A DNA stretch of 47,361 nucleotides from Coriobacteriia bacterium (GTDB lineage: Bacteria; Actinomycetota; Coriobacteriia; WRKU01; WQUG01), in assembly GCA_009781115.1 (NCBI GenBank), contig WQYT01000003.1, positions 1-47,361 on the forward strand, in the 5' to 3' direction. Both the position numbers and the translations under genes were made by a program. The notes below the pieces were generated by a model. That model did not search any database and was not told the DNA's origin. It worked only from the letters and a program-made list of their open reading frames with translations. This document shows positions 36,688 to 45,694 of the stretch, in pieces. Each line of letters begins with the position of its first letter. Positions within the stretch are counted from its first letter, which is position 1.

Positions 36688-38469
36688 ATGAGACAGTATT
36701 CAAAAACCCTCCTGATTGTTGTGGCAGCTCTGTTCGTTTTAAGCATGCTTCCGCTCAGTAGCACGGGAGCATCACCGCAGGGCTCAAATACCACGACTGA
36801 TACGGCATCGACCACAATGCCTGCCGCACCGGCCCCTGCCGCGTCTGCTGCGTCAGCCGCCCTTCTGGCTACTGCGGCTGCCCCCGCCTGGAATACCTAC
36901 CAGGAAACCAATCACAACATCGCCTACGCAGGCGCCTGGGGCAAAGCTTCCTCTTCTGCAAGCTCCGGCGGAGCGGTGTGGCTTACTTCAGCCAAAGGAG
37001 CTTCTGCTACCTTTACCTTTACCGGAACCGGCGTCGAGTGGGTTGGCATCAAAGCGGCTACCTACGGGACCGCTTCGGTCTCTGTTGATGGAGGCAGTGC
37101 AACTACGGTCAAGATGACTGCTTCTTCTACCTCATACCAACAGGCGCTCTTTCATAAAGAGGGACTGGCTAATAAGACCCATACTCTGAAAATCACCGTC
37201 ACCTCTGCTAAGCCCAAGCTCGTCTGTGTGGACGCCTTCAAAGTACAAGGTATCGCCGGTGTTCCTGATCCGGCTCCACGCCCTGCAACGCCTTCAGGCA
37301 ACGGTTGGGTTGCCTACTCTGAGACCAGTAGCTACCTCAACTACTATGGCCCCTGGAGTAAAGTGGCCTCTTCTGCCAGCGCAGGTGGAGCCGTCAAGCT
37401 AGCCACCAAGAAGGGCGCCGCCTTCCAGATTCGCTTTAAGGGAGACGCGATCGAATGGGACGGCATCAAAGCTGCTACCTATGGTAAAGCACAGGTCACG
37501 CTTGATACCGTCAGTCAGGGAACGGTCAACCTAACTACTAACAGCACCTACCACAAGCAAGCGCTGTTCCGCAAAAGCGGACTGGACGCAAGCAAAGTCC
37601 ATACCTTAACGGTGACGGTTGCCTCTGAAGCTCCCAAGCTTGTCGGTATCGACAACATCATGGTGCATGGCGGTTCTGCCCTTAGCTTTGCGCCGGCAAC
37701 AACGGCTGGCAATGGCTGGAACGCCTATGAGGATACGTCCTCCTACATCAGCTATTCAGGCTCCTGGAATAAAGCGACCTCTTCTGCCTGCATCGGCGGC
37801 GCGGTCAAGCTCAGCAGCAAAAAGGGCTCGTCGTTTCAGGTAACCTTTAAAGGGAGCGCCATCGAGTGGATCGGCATCACGGCAAAAACCTATGGTTCTG
37901 CAACCGTCGTCCTTGATGGGGACACCCAAAAAGCAGTCAACCTGAACACCTCAACAACCCAGTACAAGCAAGCGCTCTTCCATCGCGAAGGCCTGGATGC
38001 CACCAAGAACCACGTCCTGAAAGTCACCGTTACATCTTCTGCGCCCAAGCTCGTCTGTGTTGACCGCATCCTGGTCCTCGGTCATGCTATCTTGCCAGTA
38101 GCGCCGACCTATGTCGATGTTGATATCTCCGAGCAGACCCTCCGGTATTATGTGAAGGGTAAGCTTGTCCTCACATCCCCGGTCGTGACCGGTCGCCCAA
38201 GTATGCCCACCGTCCAGGGCACGTTCTCGGTCTACCTGAAGTCCCGCAACACCTATCTCACCGGTCCTGGCTATCACACCATGGTCAGCTATTGGATGCC
38301 GTTCTACAAAGGATACGGATTGCATGACGCAGTCTGGCAGGCAAAGTTCGGCGGCACGCGCTACAAGGACGGCTATGGCAGCCATGGCTGCGTAAACATG
38401 CCGCTCGCCAAAGCGCGCGACCTCTACGGAATGATCGCAGTCGGAACAAAAGTGATCGTTCACCAGTAA
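36688..38469 (+). CDS. Secreted L,D-transpeptidase (YkuD) with three tandem beta-sandwich (putative carbohydrate-binding) repeats
   Basis: Signal peptide and Ala/Thr/Pro linker; three ~138-aa repeats starting at about 36889, 37306 and 37717; C-terminal YkuD domain VDVDISEQ...VVTG...LHDA.W...GSHGCVN. Confidence 0.88.
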   Translation: MRQYSKTLLIVVAALFVLSMLPLSSTGASPQGSNTTTDTASTTMPAAPAPAASAASAALLATAAAPAWNTYQETNHNIAYAGAWGKASSSASSGGAVWLTSAKGASATFTFTGTGVEWVGIKAATYGTASVSVDGGSATTVKMTASSTSYQQALFHKEGLANKTHTLKITVTSAKPKLVCVDAFKVQGIAGVPDPAPRPATPSGNGWVAYSETSSYLNYYGPWSKVASSASAGGAVKLATKKGAAFQIRFKGDAIEWDGIKAATYGKAQVTLDTVSQGTVNLTTNSTYHKQALFRKSGLDASKVHTLTVTVASEAPKLVGIDNIMVHGGSALSFAPATTAGNGWNAYEDTSSYISYSGSWNKATSSACIGGAVKLSSKKGSSFQVTFKGSAIEWIGITAKTYGSATVVLDGDTQKAVNLNTSTTQYKQALFHREGLDATKNHVLKVTVTSSAPKLVCVDRILVLGHAILPVAPTYVDVDISEQTLRYYVKGKLVLTSPVVTGRPSMPTVQGTFSVYLKSRNTYLTGPGYHTMVSYWMPFYKGYGLHDAVWQAKFGGTRYKDGYGSHGCVNMPLAKARDLYGMIAVGTKVIVHQ

Positions 38470-38489
38470 GGATCAAGAAGGATCATACC

Positions 38490-38524
38490 AAAAAAGAGAG
38501 GGAGCTGAGCTCCCTCTCTTTTTT
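38490..38524. terminator. Bidirectional rho-independent terminator
   Basis: AAAAAAGAGAGGGAGCT-g-AGCTCCCTCTCTTTTTT between the convergent LDT and GH25 genes. Confidence 0.9.
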
Positions 38525-38561
38525 AAAACTGTTTTCCAATTAGCCTTCCAGCGGGCAGACT

Positions 38562-40349
38562 TTAGGGTTTAAAGGATACACCGGTTGGGTTGCGTGAGCT
38601 GTATGAGGCCACTGTTCCCCAGGTTGTAGTTGTGGTCTTATCCCAGGCGCGTACCGTGTAGGTGTATTTGGCGCCCTTAGAGGTCTTGGTGTCAGTCCAG
38701 GAGCGCACAGCAGGACCTACGCTGGCAACCCTGGTCCACCCGGAGCTTCCCCTCTTGCGATAGACGTAGTAGCCATCGGCGTTCTTGGAGCCCACCCACG
38801 TGACTTTGATAGCGTTGGAGCCCGACTTAGCGCGCACAGCAGGCTTCAGCTGGGGCATATTCAGGTAACGGATGTAGATTCCCGGGCTCTTATAGCCGCC
38901 AGTGCTTGAGCCTGTGTAGGCACGCACCATGTAGGCATGGGCGACGCCTGAGGTCACCTTCTTATCAACGTAGCTGGTGATACTATCCCCGCTTATGACA
39001 GCCATCCGCACCCAGCTGCTTCCCGTAGCAGCAGTCCTGCGATAAACCCGGTAGCCCTGCGCACCAGCAACTTTGCCCCAGGTGAACTTGGTGTAGCCCT
39101 TGCCGTTTATCACCGACTTCAAAGCCGGAGTCGCCACAAAGGTCGCAGAGACCCCCGTGGGATTATAACTGCTGAGCAGCGAGCCCTTATAGGCGCGAAG
39201 AGTGTAGGCGTACTTGGTGGCGCCCGATACCTTGGAATCGATATAACTGGTTGCAGACGGCGCAACTTTTGCGATCTTTGTCCAGGAAGTGGCGGCGCCC
39301 GCTTTACGATAGAGATAGTAGCCGTCAATACCTGCAATCTTATGCCACGTGATGGTAACCGATGAGGCCCCTGGCTTCGCAGAGCCCAGGAGAGGCGTTG
39401 CGGGCGGCGGCACAGGCGCAGACGCAGGAACAGTAAAGAAGTCAGAACGGTACTGGATCGAAACATCCAGCGCCGCGCTCGCACTCATCCCCGTAAAATA
39501 TGCCCGGGATGAATATTGCCAGGCGCCATAGGTCGTATTTTGCAGCGCGCTTGAACTGGGAGTGCTTAAAAAATACTGAGCGATCCACATATTCTTAGGC
39601 CCGAGCGTCGTCGCGTTCATCACACCTGACGTTACCCACGAAAGCGAACAGTAGTAGCGCACATTGGCAAAACCGGCGGCATTAAGCGTCTTTGCAAAGG
39701 TAAGCGAGGCAGCCGTCCAGTCATAGCCAGATGACGTGCCCTCCGCGTCCTCGATCATCATGGTAGATATCGGGAGCCCGAGCGCATCAGCACGCGCGGC
39801 AAAATGCCGGGCCTCAGCCGCGATGCTGTTCGGGTCATACACATAGTGATAGGCCGCAACCTTCAGGCCGGCAGCTTTTGCATACGCGATCTGCTGCGCT
39901 GCATAGGGGTTACTGTAGGTTGTTCCCTCGGTGAGCTTTACCACCACATACTTAACACCGCTGAGCTTCAGGGTGTTGAAATCGGCTTGTGTCATCCAGC
40001 TCTGCCAACTTGCCACATCGACGGCATCGGTACGCGGCAGTGACGCGTCCGGCGGATAGATGTTGGGCGGAGCTGCAGCCAGCATTGGCGGAAGGGGAGC
40101 GGGAGCAGTGACAAGCGGGGCTCCTGTGCGTTGTGGCGCTGGCACTGACGCATGCGAGGCATCAGGTGCGATCGTCGATCCCATCGCATGGTTGTCATGG
40201 TTGTCAACGCTCCCGGACGCCTGGGGCGCAGACGCAGGCGCCAAAGACGCCGCCTGGGCAGACGCGGGCGCCGGGGCCAGAGCCAGAAAAGCCCCTGCCA
40301 GCAAGGCCATCGTGAGCGCAAACGCGAGAGATTTCTTCAAAAAATGCAT
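38562..40349 (-). CDS. Secreted GH25 muramidase (lysozyme) with three C-terminal fibronectin type III-like repeats
   Basis: Signal peptide (APASA); DVASWQ, KLTEGT, AYHY, DAE (DxE), WIAQY and WQYSS motifs; three W...GY.(L/V)YR...W...Y.(L/V)RA repeats. Alternative GTG start at 40358. Confidence 0.88.
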   Translation of the reverse strand: MHFLKKSLAFALTMALLAGAFLALAPAPASAQAASLAPASAPQASGSVDNHDNHAMGSTIAPDASHASVPAPQRTGAPLVTAPAPLPPMLAAAPPNIYPPDASLPRTDAVDVASWQSWMTQADFNTLKLSGVKYVVVKLTEGTTYSNPYAAQQIAYAKAAGLKVAAYHYVYDPNSIAAEARHFAARADALGLPISTMMIEDAEGTSSGYDWTAASLTFAKTLNAAGFANVRYYCSLSWVTSGVMNATTLGPKNMWIAQYFLSTPSSSALQNTTYGAWQYSSRAYFTGMSASAALDVSIQYRSDFFTVPASAPVPPPATPLLGSAKPGASSVTITWHKIAGIDGYYLYRKAGAATSWTKIAKVAPSATSYIDSKVSGATKYAYTLRAYKGSLLSSYNPTGVSATFVATPALKSVINGKGYTKFTWGKVAGAQGYRVYRRTAATGSSWVRMAVISGDSITSYVDKKVTSGVAHAYMVRAYTGSSTGGYKSPGIYIRYLNMPQLKPAVRAKSGSNAIKVTWVGSKNADGYYVYRKRGSSGWTRVASVGPAVRSWTDTKTSKGAKYTYTVRAWDKTTTTTWGTVASYSSRNPTGVSFKP

Positions 40350-40405
40350 TCTTTTCACCTAACCCATTTTACGCCCTCTGCAAACGGGAGGGCACAGCAC
40401 ACCCG

Positions 40406-41722
40406 TCAGAGCCTTAAGATATGGCCGCCCGTAAAGTCTTTCATCGCGTTGCGCGTGTCAAAGATCAGTTGAGCGTGTTCTGCCACCAGGGCGTAGTCAA
40501 CTTCAGTGTGCGCAGTCAATATCACCACCGCATCGGCAGCCTCGATCTCTGCTGCCGTCAGCTCTACGCGATCGATCTGGTGCCCGTCGAACTGATAGTC
40601 CGGCACAAAGGGGTCGTGATAGACAACGTCGGCTTCACGGTCCAGCAGGTGATCAATGACCTTGACCGCCGGGCTCTCACGCATGTCATCGATGTCGGCC
40701 TTGTAGGCCACGCCCAGCACCAGAACACGGGCGCCTGCCAGTGACTTGTGCTGCATGTTAAGCGCCGCCATCAGGCGGTCGGCCACATAGTAAGACATAT
40801 TCTCGTTGACCTTGCCCGCCAGCTCGATAAACTGCGTGTGGAAATCGAACTCGCGCGCTTTCCAGCTCAGGTAGTACGGATCAATGGGAATGCAATGCCC
40901 GCCCAGACCGGGGCCAGGATAGAAGGGCATAAAGCCAAAGGGCTTTGTCTTGGCCGAGTCAACGACCTCCCACATGTTGATGTCCATGCGCTCGCAGAGT
41001 TGCACCAGCTCATTGACCAGCGCAATATTGACGCAGCGGAAGATGTTTTCCAAGAGCTTGCTCATCTCGGCTGCGCGCGCGGTGCTGACCGGCACCACCA
41101 CGTCCAGGAAGCTCCGGTAAAACGCCACCGCAAGCTCGCCGGAGCGCGACGTCACGCCACCAACGACCTTGGGGGTATCCTTCGTATGATGCGTCGGATT
41201 ACCGGGATCGACGCGCTCAGGAGAAAACGCCACAAACACATCAGTCCCGACCGTATGACCAGCGCCTTCAAGAATCGGCACGATGACCTCGTCGGTCGTC
41301 CCTGGATAGGTGGTTGATTCAAGCGTGACCAGCGTCTCGCCGCGCAGGTGGGGGGCGACAGACTTCGTCGCCTCGACCATAAAGGTCACATCAGGGTCGC
41401 GCATCTTGTCAAGCGGCGTAGGCACACAGATGGCAATCGCGTCGCACTCCGCTGCGCGGGAGAAATCCGTCGTTGCCTGCACCAGGCCACCGTCCACCTG
41501 CTGCGCAAAAAGCTCGCTGTCAACATCGGCGATGTAGCTCTCGCCCGCCGCTGCCGCCGCAACTTTTTCTTCAGAGATATCAAAACCGATAACCTTATGC
41601 CCGGATTGCGCCATGGTGCTTGCCAGGGGCAGGCCCACATAGCCCAGCCCAACCACTCCATAGATGGCTGTCCCGTCCTGGAGCTTTTGCTCCAGCGTCT
41701 TGTCCGTTTGATTAATTGCCAC
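40406..41722 (-). CDS. Nucleotide-sugar (UDP-GlcNAc) 6-dehydrogenase, WbpA/WbpO-like
   Basis: GLGYVGLP, CVPTP, ESTTYPG, SPERVDPGN, GGHCIPIDP (catalytic Cys) and D.RESP motifs; GGAGG RBS before the GTG at 41722. Confidence 0.92.
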   Translation of the reverse strand: MAINQTDKTLEQKLQDGTAIYGVVGLGYVGLPLASTMAQSGHKVIGFDISEEKVAAAAAGESYIADVDSELFAQQVDGGLVQATTDFSRAAECDAIAICVPTPLDKMRDPDVTFMVEATKSVAPHLRGETLVTLESTTYPGTTDEVIVPILEGAGHTVGTDVFVAFSPERVDPGNPTHHTKDTPKVVGGVTSRSGELAVAFYRSFLDVVVPVSTARAAEMSKLLENIFRCVNIALVNELVQLCERMDINMWEVVDSAKTKPFGFMPFYPGPGLGGHCIPIDPYYLSWKAREFDFHTQFIELAGKVNENMSYYVADRLMAALNMQHKSLAGARVLVLGVAYKADIDDMRESPAVKVIDHLLDREADVVYHDPFVPDYQFDGHQIDRVELTAAEIEAADAVVILTAHTEVDYALVAEHAQLIFDTRNAMKDFTGGHILRL

Positions 41723-41755
41723 GTTTTTCCTCCATTTTCTCAATCAACCTGTGAT

Positions 41756-42655
41756 TTATTTGCCGTTCGTGCTCTCACTGCCCGCAGACATCAGCACGGC
41801 GAGGAGCTCTCGCAGCTCGCCCGCATAGCGTTCGTCGCGCAAAGCGAGGGTAATATTAGCCTCAAGCCATGATAATACATTTCCCGTATCAAAGCTGCTC
41901 TCCGGCTCAACTTCAACCGCATACAGTGGTTCAGCGTCCAGAAGCGCCAGCAGCGCATCGGTCAGCTGGATCTCGCCACCTGCCCCCGGCTTGGTGCAAT
42001 CCAGAAGCTCCATCAGATGCGGCGTCAGCAGATAGCGCCCCATGATAGCCAGATTGCTGGGCGCCACATCCGGCGACGGCTTTTCGACTAAGGCGTTCAC
42101 GCGATAGCATGGCGCCTGCGCGGCCGCCTCAAGCTCAGCGACCGGCTGGGCGCCAATAATGCCATACCGGCTGAGGTGCTCGTCGTCAACACGCTCGACC
42201 GCAATGACAGAAGCGCCGGTCTGCTCGTAAACCGCCTGCAACTTTGGCAGAATGTCGCAGCGCGGCACAACAATGTCACCCAACAGCACAAAGAAGGGTT
42301 CGCTGTCAGTGAAGGCCGCCCCACAGTGCACCGCATGCCCCAGCCCCAGCGGGGACTTCTGGCGTACGTAATAGAGCTGCGCCAGATCTGAGACCTGCCT
42401 GACCGACTCAAGATACGCGCTTCCCTTGTCGCGCAGGTTCTGCTCAAGTTCGACCGAACGATCAAAGTGGTCCTCGATCGCGCGCTTGCCGCGTCCGGTG
42501 ACCAGAAGGATCTGATCGATACCGGCTGCAGCCGCCTCTTCGATCACATACTGCATGATGGGTTTGTCTAAAACGGGCAACATCTCTTTTGGCTGGGCTT
42601 TGGTGACCGGCAAAAAACGCGTACCTAAGCCAGCTGAGGGGATAATCGCTTTCAT
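41756..42655 (-). CDS. galU: UTP--glucose-1-phosphate uridylyltransferase
   Basis: AGLGTRFLPVTKAQPKEMLP, LGLGHAV, VEKP and GEIQLTDA motifs. Confidence 0.93.
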   Translation of the reverse strand: MKAIIPSAGLGTRFLPVTKAQPKEMLPVLDKPIMQYVIEEAAAAGIDQILLVTGRGKRAIEDHFDRSVELEQNLRDKGSAYLESVRQVSDLAQLYYVRQKSPLGLGHAVHCGAAFTDSEPFFVLLGDIVVPRCDILPKLQAVYEQTGASVIAVERVDDEHLSRYGIIGAQPVAELEAAAQAPCYRVNALVEKPSPDVAPSNLAIMGRYLLTPHLMELLDCTKPGAGGEIQLTDALLALLDAEPLYAVEVEPESSFDTGNVLSWLEANITLALRDERYAGELRELLAVLMSAGSESTNGK

Positions 42656-42720
42656 ACGTGAATCCTCACTTATTCTCATCTGCAAAAAGTCTGACTACTA
42701 CCTGTAGCCCCGCCGCACTA

Positions 42721-44031
42721 TCAACTGCCGCCCGGCGCCATGAACGATTCGACCGCAAGCTCAGTCATAACCTCTCCGGCCGCGGCGACCGTGTCCGCGA
42801 TCTCCTCACGGGTCATTGCCAGCGAGGCAAAACAGCACTCGAACTGGCTGGGCGCAAGCCAGATGCCACGCTCAAGCATCTTGCAGAAGTACTTCGCGTA
42901 GCGCTCCGTATCGGCCAGCGCCGCCGTCTTGTAGTCCACAACCGGGCCGCGGGTAAAGAACAGGCAGGTCAGCGCGCCAACCTGTGTGCCAAAGGCCGGA
43001 ATGCCGGACACATCAGCCGCCTGCTTCAGACCGCTGGCGAGCAACTCGCCCTTTTCCTCAAGCTCCTCATAGACGCCGGGGCGACCCAGGACCTTCATCG
43101 TTGCGATCCCGGCTGCCATGGCAACCGGGTTGCCCGAGAGCGTACCAGCCTGATAGACAGGCCCTGTCGGGGCCAGCTGCTCCATGATCTCGCGCCGGCC
43201 ACCAAAGGCGCCCACCGGGAAACCGCCGCCGATGATCTTGCCAAGGGTCGTCAGATCCGGCATGACACTGTAACGCTCCTGGGCGCCGCCGTAGGCAACC
43301 CGGAAGCCCGTGATAACTTCGTCAAAGATAAGCAGCGCGCCGTGGTCATCGCAGAGTGCGCGCAGGCCCTCCAGGAAGCCCGGCGCCGGCGGTACACAGC
43401 CCATGTTGCCAGCTACCGGCTCAACGATGAGCGCAGCAACCTGGTCAGGATTGTCCTTAAACGCCGCCTCAACCGCCTCAAGATCGTTGTAGGGGACCAC
43501 GATCGTGTCACGAGCGGCGCCCTCGGTCACGCCGGGCGTCGAGGGGATGCCCAGCGTCAGCATGCCAGAGCCCGCGGCTACCAGCAGCGCGTCGCTGTGA
43601 CCGTGATAGTTGCCGTCGAACTTGATGAATTTCTCGCGCCCCGTAAAGCCGCGCGCCAGACGGATGGCTGACATCACAGCCTCCGTGCCAGAGCTGACAA
43701 AACGCACCATCTCGATGGAGGGCACCGCCGCGCAGACCATCCGGGCTGCCTCGGTCTCAAGCTCAGTCGGCGCACCGTAGGTTGTGCCCAGCTCCAGTTG
43801 GGCGCGCACCGCCTCAAGCACTTCCGGATGGCCGTGACCCAGGATCATTGGCCCCCAGGACTGAACAAAGTCGAGATAGGTAGTACCCTCGACGTCAGTG
43901 ATATGGGCGCCTTGCGCCCGGGCGACAAAACGGGGCGTGGCGCCTACGCTCTTATAGGCGCGTACCGGCGAGTCAACTCCGCCGGGGATGTAGCGCTGCG
44001 CTTCTGCGAACAGATCGGATGAAGTGGGCAC
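42721..44031 (-). CDS. hemL: Glutamate-1-semialdehyde 2,1-aminomutase
   Basis: [38 protein letters not shown] and [10 protein letters not shown] motifs. Confidence 0.96.
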   Translation of the reverse strand: MPTSSDLFAEAQRYIPGGVDSPVRAYKSVGATPRFVARAQGAHITDVEGTTYLDFVQSWGPMILGHGHPEVLEAVRAQLELGTTYGAPTELETEAARMVCAAVPSIEMVRFVSSGTEAVMSAIRLARGFTGREKFIKFDGNYHGHSDALLVAAGSGMLTLGIPSTPGVTEGAARDTIVVPYNDLEAVEAAFKDNPDQVAALIVEPVAGNMGCVPPAPGFLEGLRALCDDHGALLIFDEVITGFRVAYGGAQERYSVMPDLTTLGKIIGGGFPVGAFGGRREIMEQLAPTGPVYQAGTLSGNPVAMAAGIATMKVLGRPGVYEELEEKGELLASGLKQAADVSGIPAFGTQVGALTCLFFTRGPVVDYKTAALADTERYAKYFCKMLERGIWLAPSQFECCFASLAMTREEIADTVAAAGEVMTELAVESFMAPGGS

Positions 44032-44134
44032 GGGGACTCCTTTTTGGACGCGATCTTGCCGTTAGCTATTGTACCATCGCGCGTGAAAAATCACGGGTGC
44101 TCCACGAGAGCGGACATGAGAGAGCCCGCCCCCT

Positions 44135-44164
44135 TGTCATTGCGAGCGTAGCGAAGCAATCCAG
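44135..44164 (+). repeat. TGTC/CGTC-tagged REP-like palindrome
   Basis: TGTCATTGCGAGCGTAGCGAAGCAATCCAG shares the TGTCATT...CGTAG...AATCCAG frame with the element at 2064-2093. Confidence 0.7.
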
Positions 44165-44204
44165 ACAGCTGGCAGCAAGATGTGAGACGCCGACCGGGTT
44201 GTTG

Positions 44205-44309
44205 TCACTTGGTCAGCGCTGCCAACACTGCTTATCCGGCCTTGGCCCCTTTTGTCACTGCCTGCCTCTTACTTGGTCAGCGCTGCCAGCGCTGCCTGTC
44301 CGGCCTTGG
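44205..44309. repeat. Degenerate direct duplication of the nrfA 3' end
   Basis: 44205-44245 matches 44269-44309 at 36 of 41 nt (offset 64 nt). Confidence 0.8.
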
Positions 44310-45564
44310 TCACTTCCAGGGAGTGATCCAGGCACTGGTTTGCCACGGTTGGATTGTGGATGCCCTTGCTGTTCTCATTCATGATGAAGTCGAGGAACCA
44401 CTGAGCCTCGCACTCCTGTGCGCGCAGCGGATCCAGCTGAGCGTCAGTATACTTGCCGCTCTTGTTAGCCGCAGCCAGGTCGTTGGTAAAGGCGGCCAGC
44501 GCAGTACCGTCGGTGTTGATCTTTGCGACAAAGCCTGCCTCTGATGACTTGATCAGCTGCACCAGCGCAGCGTCATCAGAATGACAACCGGCACATTCAT
44601 CCTTGCGGATTGTTGCCGAATAGAGCGGGCCGGTCATCTTGTGGCTGGTTTTGCCACCGCCCAGCTTCTCCATATGGCAGTCAGCGCAGGTCAGGCCGGC
44701 GCGCCCGTGGATGCTGCTGTCGCTTACCACCAGGTCATACTCCGGATGTTGAGCCTTGAGCATCTTGGCGCCGGTATTTGGATTAACATGATCAGAGTAG
44801 CCGATCTTTTTGTAGAAATCGAAAATCGCAAACGGGTCAGTCATCTCTTTTGGCATCGTTACTTCGCCGCTTGTCGGATCAAAGTAGTACTCATTATGGC
44901 ACTGCCCGCACGCCGCGTTTGCCGGCTGCATCTGGCCACCCTTGATCTCGTTGGCAAACGCCGTAGTAAAGGCGGTGCGGATTGCGCCCAGGTAGGTCCC
45001 GTTAGCGGTCTGCTTGGTCTGAGATCCAGAGCCGGGATAGTTCTTGTGGCAGTCGTAGCAGGTAATAGACTGGGTAATCGTGCTGGTATTTACAGCAAAG
45101 GGCACCTTTGCAAGACTCTGGCCGCTCTTCTCCATAATCGTGAACTGAGACGACTTGCAGGCATAGCAGACAGAATTTGACTTTGCGCTGATGCGCGGGC
45201 TGTCCTTGGCGTCTTGCAAGGCGTCCAGGTGAGGCCGCGGCGTGTCATAGGACTTCGCAAACGCGCTGCCTGCATAGATGGTGTTCAGGAAGGGAAATAT
45301 CTTAAGGTAGCTCTGCACGGGTTGCAGTGGCTGAGTGTCCTCCTCAAACGTCTTGACTTCCTCCGGAAACTGCGACGCCCATTGCGCCGGCATCTTGACA
45401 TCGGTGATCGATTTCACATCAGCAAAGGTCTCCGGAGAAGTTGAGGCAACCGCTGCGTCCGCCGGGCTCTTGCCTTTACAGGCGCTGAGCGTCAACACCC
45501 CGGCAGCCATGAGCAAAACGACCGTCCACAACACCAGTATCCGTACCCGTATCTGTCTCTTCAT
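44269..45564 (-). CDS. nrfA: Ammonia-forming cytochrome c nitrite reductase (pentahaem NrfA), predicted lipoprotein
   Basis: CYACK (CxxCK) plus CYDCH, CGQCH, CADCH and CAGCH; CHNEYYF, KAQHPE and ENSKGIHNP motifs; lipobox LSAC. Confidence 0.9.
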   Translation of the reverse strand: MKRQIRVRILVLWTVVLLMAAGVLTLSACKGKSPADAAVASTSPETFADVKSITDVKMPAQWASQFPEEVKTFEEDTQPLQPVQSYLKIFPFLNTIYAGSAFAKSYDTPRPHLDALQDAKDSPRISAKSNSVCYACKSSQFTIMEKSGQSLAKVPFAVNTSTITQSITCYDCHKNYPGSGSQTKQTANGTYLGAIRTAFTTAFANEIKGGQMQPANAACGQCHNEYYFDPTSGEVTMPKEMTDPFAIFDFYKKIGYSDHVNPNTGAKMLKAQHPEYDLVVSDSSIHGRAGLTCADCHMEKLGGGKTSHKMTGPLYSATIRKDECAGCHSDDAALVQLIKSSEAGFVAKINTDGTALAAFTNDLAAANKSGKYTDAQLDPLRAQECEAQWFLDFIMNENSKGIHNPTVANQCLDHSLEVTKAGQAALAALTK

Positions 45565-45648
45565 AGCGCTTTCTCCTCCATCATCGTTCCTGACTCCTTA
45601 TACGTTAAACGATAGTTTAATCATAAGCGTTCGTCTGGCGAATTGTCC

Positions 45649-45662
45649 GTTGTTTTTCCAAC
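45649..45662. promoter_or_regulatory. Putative Crp/Fnr-family operator GTTG-N6-CAAC upstream of nrfA
   Basis: Palindrome GTTGTTTTTCCAAC centred about 30 nt upstream of the 5' edge of a minus-strand -10 TATGAT (45620-45625), i.e. about -42. Confidence 0.5.
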
Positions 45663-45694
45663 AAAATGGCGCTGAGATGTGTCATACTGGGGAT

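Noticed and set aside
42658-43671. 337-aa plus-strand ORF, and the many other overlapping short ORFs in the track
   Set aside because: Antisense to hemL or other well-supported genes; expected from high-GC codon bias.
44205-44309. Possible DGR template/variable repeat pair at the nrfA 3' end
   Set aside because: Too short, the mismatches are not adenine-specific, and there is no reverse transcriptase in the window. Kept only as a duplication scar.
45335-45694. N-terminal extension of the Crp/Fnr ORF given in the track (similar over-extensions at 1576, 13680, 23675 and 33290)
   Set aside because: They overlap neighbouring genes or promoters; family alignment and RBS position support the shorter starts.
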